A stretch of DNA of 64,000 nucleotides from Octopus sinensis (lineage: Eukaryota): NCBI RefSeq assembly GCF_006345805.1, contig NC_043004.1, forward strand, positions 61,814,001-61,878,000. Direction: 5' to 3'. Shown piece by piece: positions 39,361 through 54,690 of the stretch (position 1 is its first letter; every line of letters starts with the position of its first letter). The notes below the pieces were generated by a model. That model was not told where the DNA came from. It worked only from the letters and a program-made list of their open reading frames with translations, and ran no database searches. The position numbers and the translations under genes are program-made.

Positions 39361-40004
39361 ATGCGTTTGAATGTATATATAATACATAAAAATATATATA
39401 AGTACATGAATACATGAATACATGAATATGTATAAATACAAAACGCGTCAAGAACGCAAAACATTCAGACAGTTAGGTGATACAAAAGATGGACAACAAA
39501 GCTTCCAGATAGACGATGCAAAGAAAACAAAGAAGGGTCATTCGAAGTTTTCTTTCCTCAGTCGAGTTCCAGATTATCTTTGCAATTTCGGCTGGTTAAT
39601 AGATTGAATTGACGTCTCACGCCCTTGCTTTCAACGCTCCGATACACGTTTCACTATAATGGATGCAGTAGTTTTTAGTCAGCATTCCATACAGTAGTTC
39701 CTTGTAAAATTCGGTCGGCATTTCTGCCATTTAACTGTCTTTGATGAACAGGGATAATAGATTCTTGCTTGGTCCCAAACAACCAATGTGTCACGCAGCA
39801 GACCACTGATAACCGTTGTTGAAAACTATGGTACTGGGAAATTTATATTATCATCGAGCTCGTTCCGCTTGTGACTCCTCGGATATTTTCACTTTCAACA
39901 TTCTATTTTAACTCAGTAATGATTTTTATTTTAGTGGGTAGACCTGTGTGAATAATATTAAGATGTGATTTAGGTGGACAGCAAGTAGTTAGTAAACAAA
40001 GATA

Positions 40005-40992
40005 TAAAGGAACATTTTGGATATTTTCTTCTATGTGGTACACAGAATAATAGAATGAATAGATGTATTTTGTTCCATGTGTGAAGATAGCAATTGTTTT
40101 CAGTAACTGTATATAATATACTTGGCCAACCAGCATACTTCAAACTAAGATTAAATCCCATGTTGTTACTAGCTTCTCATCTAAGAACACTTACTCTAAA
40201 CGTGTTGTGGGCAATAACATTGGGCGAAAACGATCTGCATTTGCAACGAATGTAGAAACTTGAGTATAAAACATCTGTTCACAGCTTCACTGTAGTGAAA
40301 ATGTTCGCTTCACAAACAGAAAAATGCGTCACTTTTATGTGCCTTTGAAATTTAAACGCTTTAGTCGTATTCTTCTGGATAGAAGGAATTCTATCTGTCG
40401 AACACAACCTGAGTTTCTATGATATATGCCAATGTAATGTCTTGCTACGCTCCCCTCAATAAGTTAACATTGAATATTTTATGAATTACCGTTAAGCAAA
40501 GGAAAGCTATAAATATGTAGTAACGAAAACACATTTATTATGAAAGCAGCAAATTAGTAATTACTATTTACTAAAATCAGGTGAAATAGCAATTAAATCA
40601 AGCTCTTGATGTATCTGTAATTAGAAGTTACTCTGAAGGGATGATTATATGTATTGATTTACTTTGGTAAGTAATGTGCATAATTGTTTATCGTATCAAA
40701 TTCAGCCAACCTTCATTTTTGTTTATATTGCAGAAAGAGTAAATACAGAATTCATGTTTGTGCGTGAATTTTGCAAAAAGTTTCGAAGAGGTCGCCAATA
40801 TATACAAACAAAAAAAGAATCAACAATCCCACACCAGCCAAGATCAAAACAGAAAGAAAACATACTGATAGTGAAAGATCATGAAGGCATAGTTACTTGT
40901 GAAGAACGAGGTTGATTGATTATAGAGTGGTCGTAATTTGCATCTATGCGGCAGCAGGAGTGCATTTGAAAAGCGCTGAACTCAGACCTTAT
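40005..40992 (+). repeat. Copy B of the triplicated segment
   Basis: Direct repeat with 45365-46102 and inverted repeat with 35653-36303. Confidence 0.92.
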
Positions 40993-41560
40993 GACATAGA
41001 GACAAATGTACCTAATAACTAAGCAGTATGTTGAATAGCTAAGAAACACAAATCGATAATATTTCTTTTTTTACAACTAAATATATATATAACAAAAAAA
41101 TATTTACGGTTTATTATGTGTGGAAGTAAATGATTATTACTGTTTACTTACGCGTTTGAACACTCCGGATGACTAGAGTCAGTTGATTCATCTATCGGTA
41201 ATGAGGAATAGCTATTAATGAGCGATCAGTCCTATTGATTTGTTTTTTGTGCATATGTGTGTAGCGGTGAGGCGGCTTAAATTTGATATTATCTGTTTCA
41301 TACGTCAACAATTTTTTTATGTTACTAGTGCAAAAGAGATAAAAAAAATAAAAAGTAAACTTCACGGGGGATGTATTGTTCAGTCAAACGCTCTGGTAGG
41401 AAATGCTGAAACAAATACGTATATAATAAAATAGTACTGAGATATATTGCAATATTACGTAGAGCAGTTAAGTGTTATATAGTAGTACACTGATATTTTT
41501 TCTATGGTGTAATCCGTATCTCTCTATCTCTCTCTTTCCTTTCTTTCTCTCTCTTTCGCT

Positions 41561-41611
<51 letters not shown>

Positions 41612-41725
41612 ATATTTCGGAATGGTCATATTGCCAGTTTAGCCAATAAAAACACACGCTGTATATATTTGGTGTTATTTTGCTTCAGTGATATTTATTT
41701 TCTACATTAATCTTAATCTTATTTC

Positions 41726-41770
41726 GGCCAGAGTTCTTTCGTCACACTCCTGTGACCGCATCAGTGGTCC
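41726..41770 (-). ncRNA. Hammerhead-like motif, PLE2 inverted arm
   Basis: GGACCA-CTGATGCG-GTCAC-AGGAGT-GTGAC-GAAA-GAAC-TC-TGGCC. Confidence 0.5.
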
Positions 41771-42116
41771 TTTGTTTTCTTCTTTCGTATTTGTGTCTCT
41801 CCTTACTAACCGTCAGCCATTTTGTATTTCTATTGTATGTCTTCATTTGCGCATGCTTATATCTCTATGTGCGTCTATGTTTATTTAGTGTGTGGGGGGG
41901 GGGCTGTAATATTTGTATCTTCTGTTTATATACATTCATGTAATTTGTATTTTGTTTTTGTTGTTGTTGCTTTTGTTCTAATTTTGTTCATGTGTTTACC
42001 TCCACCCATTATTATCATTACATATGCTTGTATGTATGTCTAACAACAATATTAGTAATAATAATAATAAATCTAATCGAAAAAAAATATATATACATAT
42101 ACACATATATATACAC

Positions 42117-42162
<46 letters not shown>

Positions 42163-43996
42163 TCATATACATACATATATACATAGATATACATACATAT
42201 ATATAGTTATTCATTTCTATTTGTTTATTTATCTGTGTATTTATTATGTTTTCGGGATCCTCTATCGTCATATGTTGTGGTGTGTGCTATTGCTCCATTC
42301 TAGTTTTCTATTCAGGCTAGGTTTATTTTCTATTATATGTGTAGCTTCTGTAATTTGTCTAATTGTTGCATCTGTTCTATGTAATAATGAATACTTAGAT
42401 AAACATAATCTTAACAGTTTCTGCCCCAGTAGGTGTTTAAGAAGTAGACCGCCTACAATTACTTCTATGGCTAGGAAGACACATATAGAAAGATGGCGCG
42501 GATGGACCAGAGCCATACGGAGCCCCGCAAATGTCCATCAGGTAAAGAAAATGATCGCACATGCACTAGGAGCTAGTATAAGAGTTACCCTAAAAGGCCA
42601 CACGTTTAAATTTAATAATAAAATATATGCCCAGGACGAGGGGGCAGCCATCGGTGTTAGTATCGCTGGTGATGTGGCCAACCTTTTCATGGTATTGTGG
42701 GACAGAAGGCTTAAAGAACGCCTACTGCAGAAATCCATACTCGTAAACATGTACTCTCGCTATGTTGATGATATCAACATAGTGGTAAAGGCACCCCCAC
42801 AAGAGAGTAATGTTGATATAGTAATAGAAACTAATACTATGGAGAGCATCCATCAAATAGCTAACTCCATCCACCAGAGTATTAAGGTCACAATAGACTA
42901 CCCCACTAAACACCCCAACCATAGACTACCAGTACTAGACACTGAACTCTGGCTAGAAATTGTGAAAAATAAAACCCAAATCCTTCATTCATACTATGCA
43001 AAACCTATGGCCTCAAAATACCTGATCCACCGGAACTCAGCCATTGCGGGCAATGCCAAGTTCAATATTTTGATGGCAGACCTCGTCAGAATAATGAGAA
43101 ATGTGTCACGCATGTGCGAGCCTACATAATTAAAGAGACACATACAGTATTTCATTCACCGCATGCAGTTCTCAGGTTACAGCCATAAAGAAAGGATCAG
43201 AGTATACAAAGGAGCCATGAAGAAATTTGATAATATATTATGTAATGATAGGAATGGGATTTGCCCACTCTATAGGAACAAGCCATGGAACACTATAGAA
43301 AGGACAAAAAAGGAAATAGGGAAGGCCAACTCTTGGTATAATAGCCATAAATACCAGAGTGTCATGTTCATTGACACCACCCCTGGAGGTGAACTGGCGT
43401 ACCGCTTTAGAAGGACCCTAGATAAACTTAAACTAACAATTAAGGTTGTTGAAAAGCCAGGCAACCCTATCAAATATATAATTGGTAGAACCTAACCTTT
43501 TAGTAGAACCCCCTGTACGGATAACTATTGCACTGTATGTAGATTTAGCCCACAAATAAACTGTAAAGCCAGAAATGTAGTCTATAGTATAAGATGTATA
43601 GAGGGACGATGCAGTAACAAGACAATAACATACGTAGCGGAAACGGCAAGAAGCATAGGAGAGCGGGTGAATGACATTGGAGAGAACTCAAGGAAGGTAA
43701 AAGCTCATCGATTCTGTACCAACACGCCGAACAGGAACACGGAGGATCAATCAATAACATAGAGATTAAAATATTGTCCACACATAGAACAGATGCAACA
43801 ATTAGACAAATTACAGAAGCTACACATATAATAGAAAATAAACCTAGCCTGAATAGAAAACTAGAATGGAGCAATAGCACACACCACAACATATGACGAT
43901 AGAGGATCCCGAAAACATAATAAATACACAGATAAATAAACAAATAGAAATGAATAACTATATATATATATATGTATATCTATGTATATATGTATG

Positions 43997-44059
<63 letters not shown>

Positions 44060-44415
44060 GTGTATATATATGTGTATATGTATATATATATATTTTTTTT
44101 TTCGATTAGATTTATTATTATTATTACTAATATTGTTGTTAGACATACATACAAGCATATGTAATGATAATAATGGGTGGATGTAAACACATGAACAAAA
44201 TTAGAACAAAAGCAACAACAACAAAAACAAAATACAAATTACATGAATGTATATAAATAGAAGATACAAATATTACAGGCACCCCCCCACACACACACTA
44301 AATAAACATAGACGCACATAGAGATATAAGCATGCGCAAATGAAGACATACAATAGAAATACAAAATGGCTGACGGTTAGTAAGGAGAGACACAAATACG
44401 AAAGAAGAAAACAAA

Positions 44416-44460
44416 GGACCACTGATGCGGCCACAGGAGTGTGACGAAAGAACTCTGGCC
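44416..44460 (+). ncRNA. Hammerhead-like motif, PLE2 sense arm
   Basis: Same as 41726-41770 except stem II reads GCCAC/GTGAC (one mismatch). Confidence 0.45.
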
Positions 44461-44635
44461 GAAATAAGATTAAGATTAATGTAGAAAATAAATATCACTG
44501 AAGCAAAATAACACCAAATATATACAGCGTGTGTTTTTATTGGCTAAACTGGCAATATGACCATTCCGAAATATAACAATATCTGTTTCAACACACGACT
44601 TCACATAACAAATATTGCACAACAAATATTTAAAC

Positions 44636-44701
<66 letters not shown>

Positions 44702-45364
44702 CACACATACATATAATACATACGCGCATACGTCTGTGTGTGAGTGTGTGTTTATTTCTATATATGTGTATGTGTGTGGCATTTTTGTTTGTTTATCCAT
44801 CACCAACGCTTCAAAACTGATATTAGTGTGTTCAAGGACACGTAACCTAGCGGTTAATCAAAGGAACCGATATAATGAGTTGTAGGCTTTCACTAAAGTA
44901 AGCACACTAAGTAACGGGGTCAAATCCATCGTCTGAAATTCTTCGAGACATTTCCGAAGCCTTAATGTCTGAAACAAGTAAAATATAATGCTAAAACATA
45001 CGTATGTCATATATCTGTGTGTGTGTGTGTGTGTGTGTGTGATGTGTGTGTGTGTATGAGTTTGTGTGTGTGTCATACGGCACTGTTCCAGATGGGAAAC
45101 CTCGACAGAAAGCTTTAATTGGGATTGAGGATGCACGCCATTCTCAATCCCAATAAAAAAAGAGCCTTGTCTACTCAATACTGATATTTTGATTCTTTTA
45201 TCTGATTGGATATATCTAGTCTACCCTCCCAGGATATAGTAAGCTCGGTCATATTTTACGATTTTTCGGGGTTAGCAAGATCTGAGCGACAACATAAAGG
45301 AGGTAGGCCAATCTTCCTTTATCAGAGATCCATATTAATTTTCAGGAAAGGAATCTATAAGAAG

Positions 45365-46101
45365 AAGTATTTTAGGAAATATTGTACTATTTGGTACACA
45401 GAATAATAGAATGAATAGATGTATTTTGTTCCATGTGTGAATGTAGCTATTGTTTTCAGTGATTGTAGATAATAAACATGTCCAATCAGCAGCAAACTTC
45501 AAACTAAGATTGAATCCCATGTTGTTACTAGCTTCTCATCTAAGAACACTTACTCTAAACGTGTTGTGGGCAATACCATTGGGCGAAAACGATCTGCATT
45601 TGCAACGAATGTAGAAACGTGAGTATAAAACATCTGTTCACAGCTTCACTGTACTGAAAATGTTCGCTTCACAAACAGAAAAATGCGTCACTTTTATGTG
45701 CCTTTGAAATTTAAACGCTTTAGTCGTATTCTTCTGGATAGAAGGAATTCTATCTGTCGAACACAACCTGAGTGTCTATGATATATGCCAATGTAATGTC
45801 TTGCTACGCTCCTCACAATAAGTTAACATTGAAATATTTTATGAATTACCGTTAAGCAAAGGAAAGCTATAAATATGTAGTAACGAAAACACATTTATTA
45901 TGAAAGCAGTAAATTAGTAATTACTATTTACGAAAATCATGCGAAAGATCAATTAAATCAAGCTCTTGAAGTATCAGTAATTAGAAGTTACTCTGAAGGG
46001 ATTATTATTTGTATTGATTTTCTTTGGTAAGCAGTGTGCATAATTGTTTATTGTGTCAACTTCAGAAAGAGTAAACACAAAGTGGATATTTGTGCGTGAA
46101 T

Positions 46102-46102
<1 letters not shown>
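45365..46102 (+). repeat. Copy C of the triplicated segment
   Basis: Colinear with 40005-40768 and ends at a (CTA)n tract. Confidence 0.9.
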
Positions 46103-46167
<65 letters not shown>

Positions 46168-46893
46168 CACCACCACTACCACCACCACCACTACCAGAAC
46201 CACCTGCAAATCCACCATCACCACCATCACGATCACCAATAGTACTATGACTAGTTCTACCAATATTTATTTAGAAATAGTGCTAGTAATAATCCTTTCT
46301 AATATGGGTAGAAAACTTGAAATTGCTGGGTAGGGGTCTAAAAATGCATCCATTGATCTATTTTGGAAACATCCTACTGCCTTCAACCCGGAATTCTCCC
46401 CAGTTGAATCACAAATGTTTTCCAATATAAGCTATTTCTCTCGGCATTGGTATCCTTTCTTGCAGACTGATGGTGCTGTAAATTACAACGTCCTCACAGT
46501 TCTTCACACACTAATGCACCAACACAATTCTGCTTCTAGTATATCACTACTTCCTTCTGAGCTTCCTGGGGTTTTAATTTTTGTCCACACTTTATGGTCT
46601 TGTTTGTGTGTCTGACTTATACTTCCACAGATAGAAGTAAGGTGATGATTGCTCAGATCTTTGTGGCCTCGCTGCACCGATTGACCGAGGTGAAATTTGG
46701 TGACGAGCAGCCACATTCACATAAATATTCTTGGCAGTGTTTCCATTGTATCTGTTCGAACCACGGAATGTCGTGAAATCTGATTATGAGGCCATATTAG
46801 AATCACCATACTTTCAAAAATCATACACGCACATACACACACGCGTGCGCTCATAATCACACACGTGGGTGTGTATTTTTGCATTTATGAATA

Positions 46894-47371
<478 letters not shown>

Positions 47372-47397
47372 ACTAAAAAAAGTAAAAGAGTAAAAGA

Positions 47398-47431
<34 letters not shown>

Positions 47432-47963
47432 CGAGAGAGAGGGGAGAGAGACAGGTAGATAGATAAATAGATAAATAGATAGATAAACAGACAAATAGCC
47501 ACTTAGATAGATATATAGATAGATTCATATATAGATACACAAGTACACATACTGTTGTATGAATTATCATTCAAAATAAAATTCAATTATGAAACTTACC
47601 TCCTGTTGAGGACGATCAATCATAATTACTAAATGGCAATTACAGCCAGCTCCACTGAAAAGAGGAAATAATCTCAAGGTTTCAGAATTCTACAACGTTG
47701 ATATGTCACCAAAGAAATGTATAGGCTTGTAATCTGATCAAGATGTGATATACGGCAGTTTAAAAAGGGGATCGAAAGGACTCGTTTCTTGGTTGTTACC
47801 AGAGGTCAGGTTTTGACTACTTCCTTTGATGCAATGTTTATTTAAATGCCTAGGTTTCATTGTAAATTCCTTAGAATTTATTGCTCGGCGAGATTAGATA
47901 TATGATTAATAAACATTTTATATTATTTTGTTTAAATGTATTCATACCCACTTTGTGTTGGCG

Positions 47964-48002
<39 letters not shown>

Positions 48003-51000
48003 CACAACCACCACCACCACCACCACCTGTAACACCACCACCAACACTACCCCAATCACCATCACCACCAATACAACTACGCCTAATTCTAATAGTGCTA
48101 GTAATAATCATTTCTAATATGGACAGAAAACCTGAAATTGCTGGGTAGGGGGTGTAGTCAATTATCTGGACCCATTTTTTCACTGGAACTTATTTCGTTG
48201 ACCCCGAAAATTATGGGAGGCGATGCTGACACAAACCAGATTAGTACTGGTTATAATGATTAACACATAGCAGCTATAAAATATGGATATACGTTCATCT
48301 GTACATATGTGTATCTTTATGTGATTTTGCACGAGCATTGCCATTAGCAGTTTAAACTTCTTGAATCGTGACGGCATTGTATGCACTTTTTGTATTTTAC
48401 AAGAGAAGATGTAGCTTTATGCACGTCAATTAAACGGAAATAATTTAGACATCTGAGAGATCATTTAAAAATAGAAAGTAACATGCACGGAACATGTATT
48501 TTAATTTTCATTTATAAATTTGGACATATAAATGAAGCTCCAAATCTCCAGTATTGTGTGCACTGAGAATAACATTTGGATATTTTTAATGTACATTTAT
48601 TTATTTATTATTGTATTTATATGACCACCCTAAAAACTACGGGTTAATAATTTTTTTGGAGATATAATTTAGTTACTATTCGCAAATCATTTAGTAAATA
48701 CTTTTGACTTTATTACAATACATCAATTGTGGTCTTTTTCTGTCTATAGATTAATAGAAATTTATGTTTCCAGACAAACAAAATTGACACGTTCTGGAGC
48801 TCCTAATGTCAAGGAACGCGTAATATTTAAGAGACCTATTAATATTATGACTGCTAGTATCATCCTCGTCTAAACTTCAGTAACCTAAGACCTCTACCGG
48901 AATGTTTTACTCCAAATAGATTTGTGTGTATGTGCTTGCGTGCGTGCGTGCATGCATGCATGTAGATACATATAAGATTTTGTTGTTGAAGTTTATGTGT
49001 AATAACTTATATTTCTACAATACATAGAATAGTTTTGAAGACTTTTTACAGTTCCTAATAATATTTAACTACAAAAGTATAATATGGTATATTTTAACCC
49101 GCAAATGTCTATGAGAGTCCACGAAAAATACCAATCAAAGGTGTCCATAACCCCTGATTTAGAGGACGAAGGTTATCTACTGAGTCACCACTACCTTGTT
49201 ATAAGTTATGAGATTCCTAGTCAAAGAAAGATTTTATATGTCTGCACTTATCCCGTTAAAGACTAATGTAGGATACATAGATTTTATAATGATATACTGC
49301 CACTTGTTGTTAGGGTTGCTTTAGGAATACATGTGACAAGTAACCAAATCTACTGTAATTTCTAGGAGACAATGTTGTTGTGAGTCATATCTTCTGCGGT
49401 TTTCGTAAATCTTTGATTATGTTAAATGAAATTTGTCGCACAGCAAACATTTCATTAATATTTTTACTTAACAAAATAAATACTTATTCGGTGTAACGAA
49501 AAGTGGTCTTACTAAAACTTAATCACTTCCAAATTAAGTCGAAGGTTAAAAAATAATTAAGTCACCTCATTCATGATCACCTCATTCGATACCATAACAA
49601 TATTGAAAATTTCCTGGCCAAATGTGATCAAATATATTGACAATATGCCTTGCGTGCTTAATGTCACTGATATAAGAGTCGCTAATTGGAGACAGTGATA
49701 AGAATCTATCAATATTTGATTAAATAATAGTTATTGGCAAATATAATTATAATATGTCAATTTTGATAGAAATAAATTTTCTTACTGTCTACGATAAAAT
49801 GCATAAACTTAATTTTTTACAGATTAACTGATGTATATAAATTTTAACAAAATGGAATCTTCAGTAATGTTGCTAATAGCACTTATATCAATATTTATCT
49901 GATTTATTAATCGTCAGTACCATACGCATACTGTATATTTTGAATATATCAAAAATTGTAAATTCAATATTTTATGAAACCACAAAAGTTTTAGAAACAT
50001 TTACACATATATACACACGATTAAATATATATTCAGAGAGGACAAGAGAAAGAAAGAACACAAGGAAACTGGCAGAGATGCTGTCAGAAAATGAAAGAGA
50101 AAACAACAGAGATCTGGAATTTTAGCTGTTTTTTTATTAGGATGCGTGAACATTGTTACGATTTTGGCATTCAGTAGATTTTGATAAAATGAACAGACAT
50201 TATGTTGAGATTTAATAAATAAATATATATGTATATGTTTGCCTTTATCGTTAACAAAGCAAGATGTTGCTACTACAGCCGACTATACAGATATTCACAG
50301 TAATAGTGAGACAGGAAGGTACGTGGTTATATCTAGTAGCATGATAGGTAGAATTCATTGCCTGTAAGTAGGAAAAAAGTCTGCATATATTTTGTTTGTC
50401 CAAGAAAAGGGGTGCAAAAAAGAACAACTTCCTGATCATATTCTTTTTATCAGTTGTCTGAATGGTCGATTTCTTTGCTGTGATGATTGATAGTTGGGGT
50501 GGGGAATCACGTTTGTGCTGGTATAGTGTCTTCTGCTAGGAATCTAAACCCACGTTGAACCACTGGTCTCCAACGCAGATCCGGACTATCAAAACTTAAC
50601 AACCCGGTTTCGATATATAAGTATTTGCAACTGCTAAATTTAATTCAATTTTTATGTTGCAACTTTTAGGAACATCATTTCAATTTTCAAATTTAAAGTA
50701 AATGGGAAATGTTATTTTTAAAAGCGTCAAAGATAAACTCGAATTGCACACCTATTGGAAACACAATTACGCTCTTGTTATTAGAATATTTAACTGCATT
50801 TATTGAATATATTTTACTAGTTTTCTTATCAATATAGGTATATATTCCTATGTATGAGTCTATTTTTATAAATATATGTGCGGATGTGCTGTTTGCTATC
50901 GGTGTGTGTGTGCGTGTGTGCGTGTGTGTATGTGTGTGCGTGTGTGTGTGTGAGTACGTGTAATAGCAAATATAAACATATTTTTTGCTTTCCTATTATA

Positions 51001-51463
51001 CATGATCAGATTAAACTAGAAACGTGGCGAGACAGGAGATGGAACATTGGTGCCATTGTGCAATTGACAGCTTGTAGATAGATAATATATGTATTAAAAT
51101 AGGAAATTTTGGATATTTATCGCAGACACAATGATAGATTTTATATCAAACTCATTTCAAATCAGATTAGAATTCAATGAAGCGGAACGAAAAGTAGATA
51201 AGTACTATAAATTATATCGTTCGTATTCACTTTATTAATCTATGAGAGTCATGGTACTATTTCTGCTTATAAACAATATTAAAATGCTTTATATCAGCGC
51301 ACCAATTTCTTTCACTATACTGCGAGAACAACACTATTAGCAGAAACAATAAGCTTCACTTGCATCACAGCTGAGCCTCTCACCACAACAACCACAGCCA
51401 CAAGCACCGACACAACTACTAACACACTAAAACCACAATCACCACCACCACCATTAGTAACAT

Positions 51464-51559
<96 letters not shown>

Positions 51560-51562
<3 letters not shown>

Positions 51563-52251
51563 TAACACAGAGAATGTTGATGATAGTGCATTAGGCGCTA
51601 CGCCCAAAGTAAACGTAAACAGACTGAATATTGGAAGAACGGATGGTGGCAGAGAACTGATTAGTATAGACCATTGTATAAGGAGTTAAAGGAGAACGCT
51701 TGCCAACCATTCGATAAATAGTGTAGATCTGCTGCAATATGCTGATGAAATGCTGGACAAGGAAAAGTTTAACTAAAGAGCAGGTGAGAAGCGACAAGAA
51801 TACATTATTGAGATGAGAATGTCTATAGAGTTTCAAAGGAATACACTGGAGTTTAAGCAAAATGCAGCATTGTGGGCATGGCTTGAGTGAAGTGATTTGA
51901 AGCTTTCCGCCGAAAGCTTGATCATTGCTGTACAAGACCAGGTTCTCGTTACCAAGTCAGTGATGTATAACATCTAAAAAAACTTCTTACGCCCAGAAAT
52001 GCAGACTCTGTGGAGAGAGCGTGGAAAATGTGACCCACTTGGTAAGCAGATGTGAGAGTCTTGAACAAAAACAATGCAAGGTCCGCCACGATAAAATGTG
52101 TGTGTATGTTCATTTCTTCTCATGCCATGAATACCAATATTAAGTAACAGAGAGCTAGTATGAGCATGTCCCGAGTAAAGTTATGCAGGTAGATGGCAAA
52201 GTAACGATATTCTGGGACTATGATTTTCAGACGGATCATGTAATACTGAAT

Positions 52252-52302
<51 letters not shown>

Positions 52303-52680
52303 TATAATATCATTGATGTACCTATAGCAGGAACGTTGTGAGTAATGTGTTTGAAATAGTCACCAAATACTCCGAATTGGAAGTAGAAATGGCAAGACTG
52401 TATGGAATGCGGGAGGGTAAGAGTATTACCAGTAGGGACCGCAGCGTTGGGTTCAGTCCCATTGAAACTTCAAGACCTTTTAAGGCAATAGAAAATTCCA
52501 TGCAAGTTTGATGTCTTGCAAAAAGCAGCCTTATTGGGCACACCGCACATTTTAAGGAAAGTATTATCTGCCTGAGGTCCTTGTTGTGACTTGAGAGATG
52601 AGTAAAAACTCCTTGCAGTATTACCTACACTGTAGTACGAAGGAATAATAATATTAATAATGATAATAATAATGGTTTCA
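51560..52680 (+). mobile_element. Decayed R4/Dong-type LINE 3' portion
   Basis: NVNRLNIGRTDGGRELI, CRLCGESVENVTHLVSRC, RHD, TILWDYDFQTD and LQKAALLGTPHILRKVL, with a TAA-rich tail. A (GA)n tract interrupts the endonuclease. Confidence 0.8.
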
Positions 52681-54399
52681 AATTTTGTCACAGAAGCAAC
52701 AATTCCGGGGGAGAGGTAAGTCGATTAAATCGACCCCATAGCTCAACTGCTATTTGTTTTATCGAAAACGGGAAAATAAAAGGCAAGGTCAAAACCTGTG
52801 GAATTTGAACTTAGGACGTAAAGACAGATGAAAGGCCGTAAAGGATCAAAGTTTTCGCTAATGTCTCCCAGTACCTAATTCATCGATTCCAAATATCTTC
52901 GGAATTAGATTACACAGTACAACAATAAATAAAGCAACGGATTTTGACCTAAGCTCTACAGAATCTGACAAACTAAATTTCTCAGAAGGAATAATGTTAT
53001 ATGATTTCAAGAGAAAGTCACTTATTTAGTGGGAATGTATTAGCCAAAACCCTTCCCACGAAATTTCTGACGATATTATTTTACATATACTCATTATATT
53101 GGGCACCGAAACGATGAAATGCAACAATGACACTAAGGATGGACAGAACTCAGATTTTAAGGAATAAGAACAAATACCTTAGAGCATTTTACCGTTATTC
53201 TAAATGTTCCGACCGATCAGCTCCAACTAATGAGGAAAGATCATGCTAATATTTGTACATAATTTTCGTCGGTGCTAAATCAGCGAGTAGACAACATTGT
53301 TAGCACACCAGGTAAAATTCTTAGCGGTATCTCATCAGGCGGCGAGCTGGCAGAAACGTCAGCACACCGGGCGAAATGCCTAGCTGTATTCCTTGCTCAA
53401 ATCACCGTAATATTATGCATTGAACAAATGTATTTTTACAACTAAATGAATTAGATATTTTATGCGAATTACAGTAAATACAAGTAATTATGTATGATCA
53501 AGGTTAATTTGTTTACATACTTCAGCATACTTTCATTATTCATAATCTTACTTTGAAATAGTCCATAAATGAAAAGTATAAATGCTATAGGCGTTGTGCT
53601 ATTGCGGTCTGTATTGTTTACGTGCAGCATTACATAAATCGAGACAATACATATGCCGAGAATGGTAAAAAAATGTACTTGTGAAATCTTGTTGTATAGC
53701 AGTATTTACTGAAGATTTCAATAAATACAATCACCTTGAAAATTGAAGTTTCGATGTTAAATAATTTTAAACTTTTAGGAAAAAAACTCATCTTGTAAAT
53801 TAACAGAAATAAGAGAAAATGAGGCTTGAGTTTAGTTTTGATGCCACGGAAATGTCAAAGCTTACAGTAGAAAATTATTATAGTATGTCTATATATTTGA
53901 ACGTGCATGTGTGTAACGGAGATATTCCAAAATTTCAGTAACTATTGTCTATTTTTCTCAGAACACATGTTGATTTTGATTGTTATAACAATTACAAAAT
54001 AAGAGGAGTAATAGAGCAAATGATAGTTTCCTTAATTATCTAATGCAGAGATATTTTCGTAGCAGGTATATTATGTTTTAATTTATGTATCATTCTCTCT
54101 AGGTACAAATACACGCACACGCATACACACACATGCATACGTATACACATACACACACATACACACAAATATATATATAATTGTATCAACTACGATGCAC
54201 CTTATCACATCATTATTGCTGTCAAAAAATGCCATCCTGCTTTTCAGATGGGCAGGTCAAAGTTCCCTCTGAAAGCAACGCAAGCTCATCGCTAGGTTAT
54301 CCATATACAGATAAGTGGATTAGATTAAAACAAAATAAAATATCTTGCTCTAGAACACAACGTCTGGCCGGTCTGGGAATCTTAACCACCATCTCACCC

Positions 54400-54690
54400 A
54401 CGTGAGTACAACACATTTACTTGACTCGTTACACTACTTTGTCCAATCCTTCCATTTTACACTAAAATTCTCCTGCAGTGTGTTTCGCTCGCTCATCGAA
54501 TCTCTCCACATTTCTCTCAGCATATACAACTCCGCTCTCACGACCTCCATCATCTACAAGCACATAGACTCAAACTCCTACCTTAACGTTCCCTCCTCCA
54601 AGCCTCCTCACACCAAAATGTCCATTCTCTACTCCCTATCCCACCGCCTATGCTTGTTATTCCTACATCTGTCTACGCATTTTGTTTTCT
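54400..54690 (+). mobile_element. Decayed Penelope-like RT C-terminal fragment
   Basis: FHFTLKFS..TTSIIYKHIDSNSYL..SSKPPHTKMSILYS. Confidence 0.75.

Larger units (their letters stand above)
41608..44640 (+). mobile_element. Penelope-like element 2 (Neptune-like): inverted 5' pLTR, RT, GIY-YIG, pLTR and tail
   Basis: Arms 41608-42382 and 43782-44578 are reverse complements. RT motifs QDEGAAIG, YSRYVDD and PVLD. Linker TPGGEL, KVVEKPG, CTDNYCTVC. Endonuclease NVVYSIRC..YVAETARS. (TA)n on both flanks. Confidence 0.92.

Noticed and set aside
42221-42382. Hydrophobic N-terminus of the 302-aa ORF as a membrane anchor on RT
   Set aside because: It is the antisense reading of the inverted pLTR, an incidental fusion.
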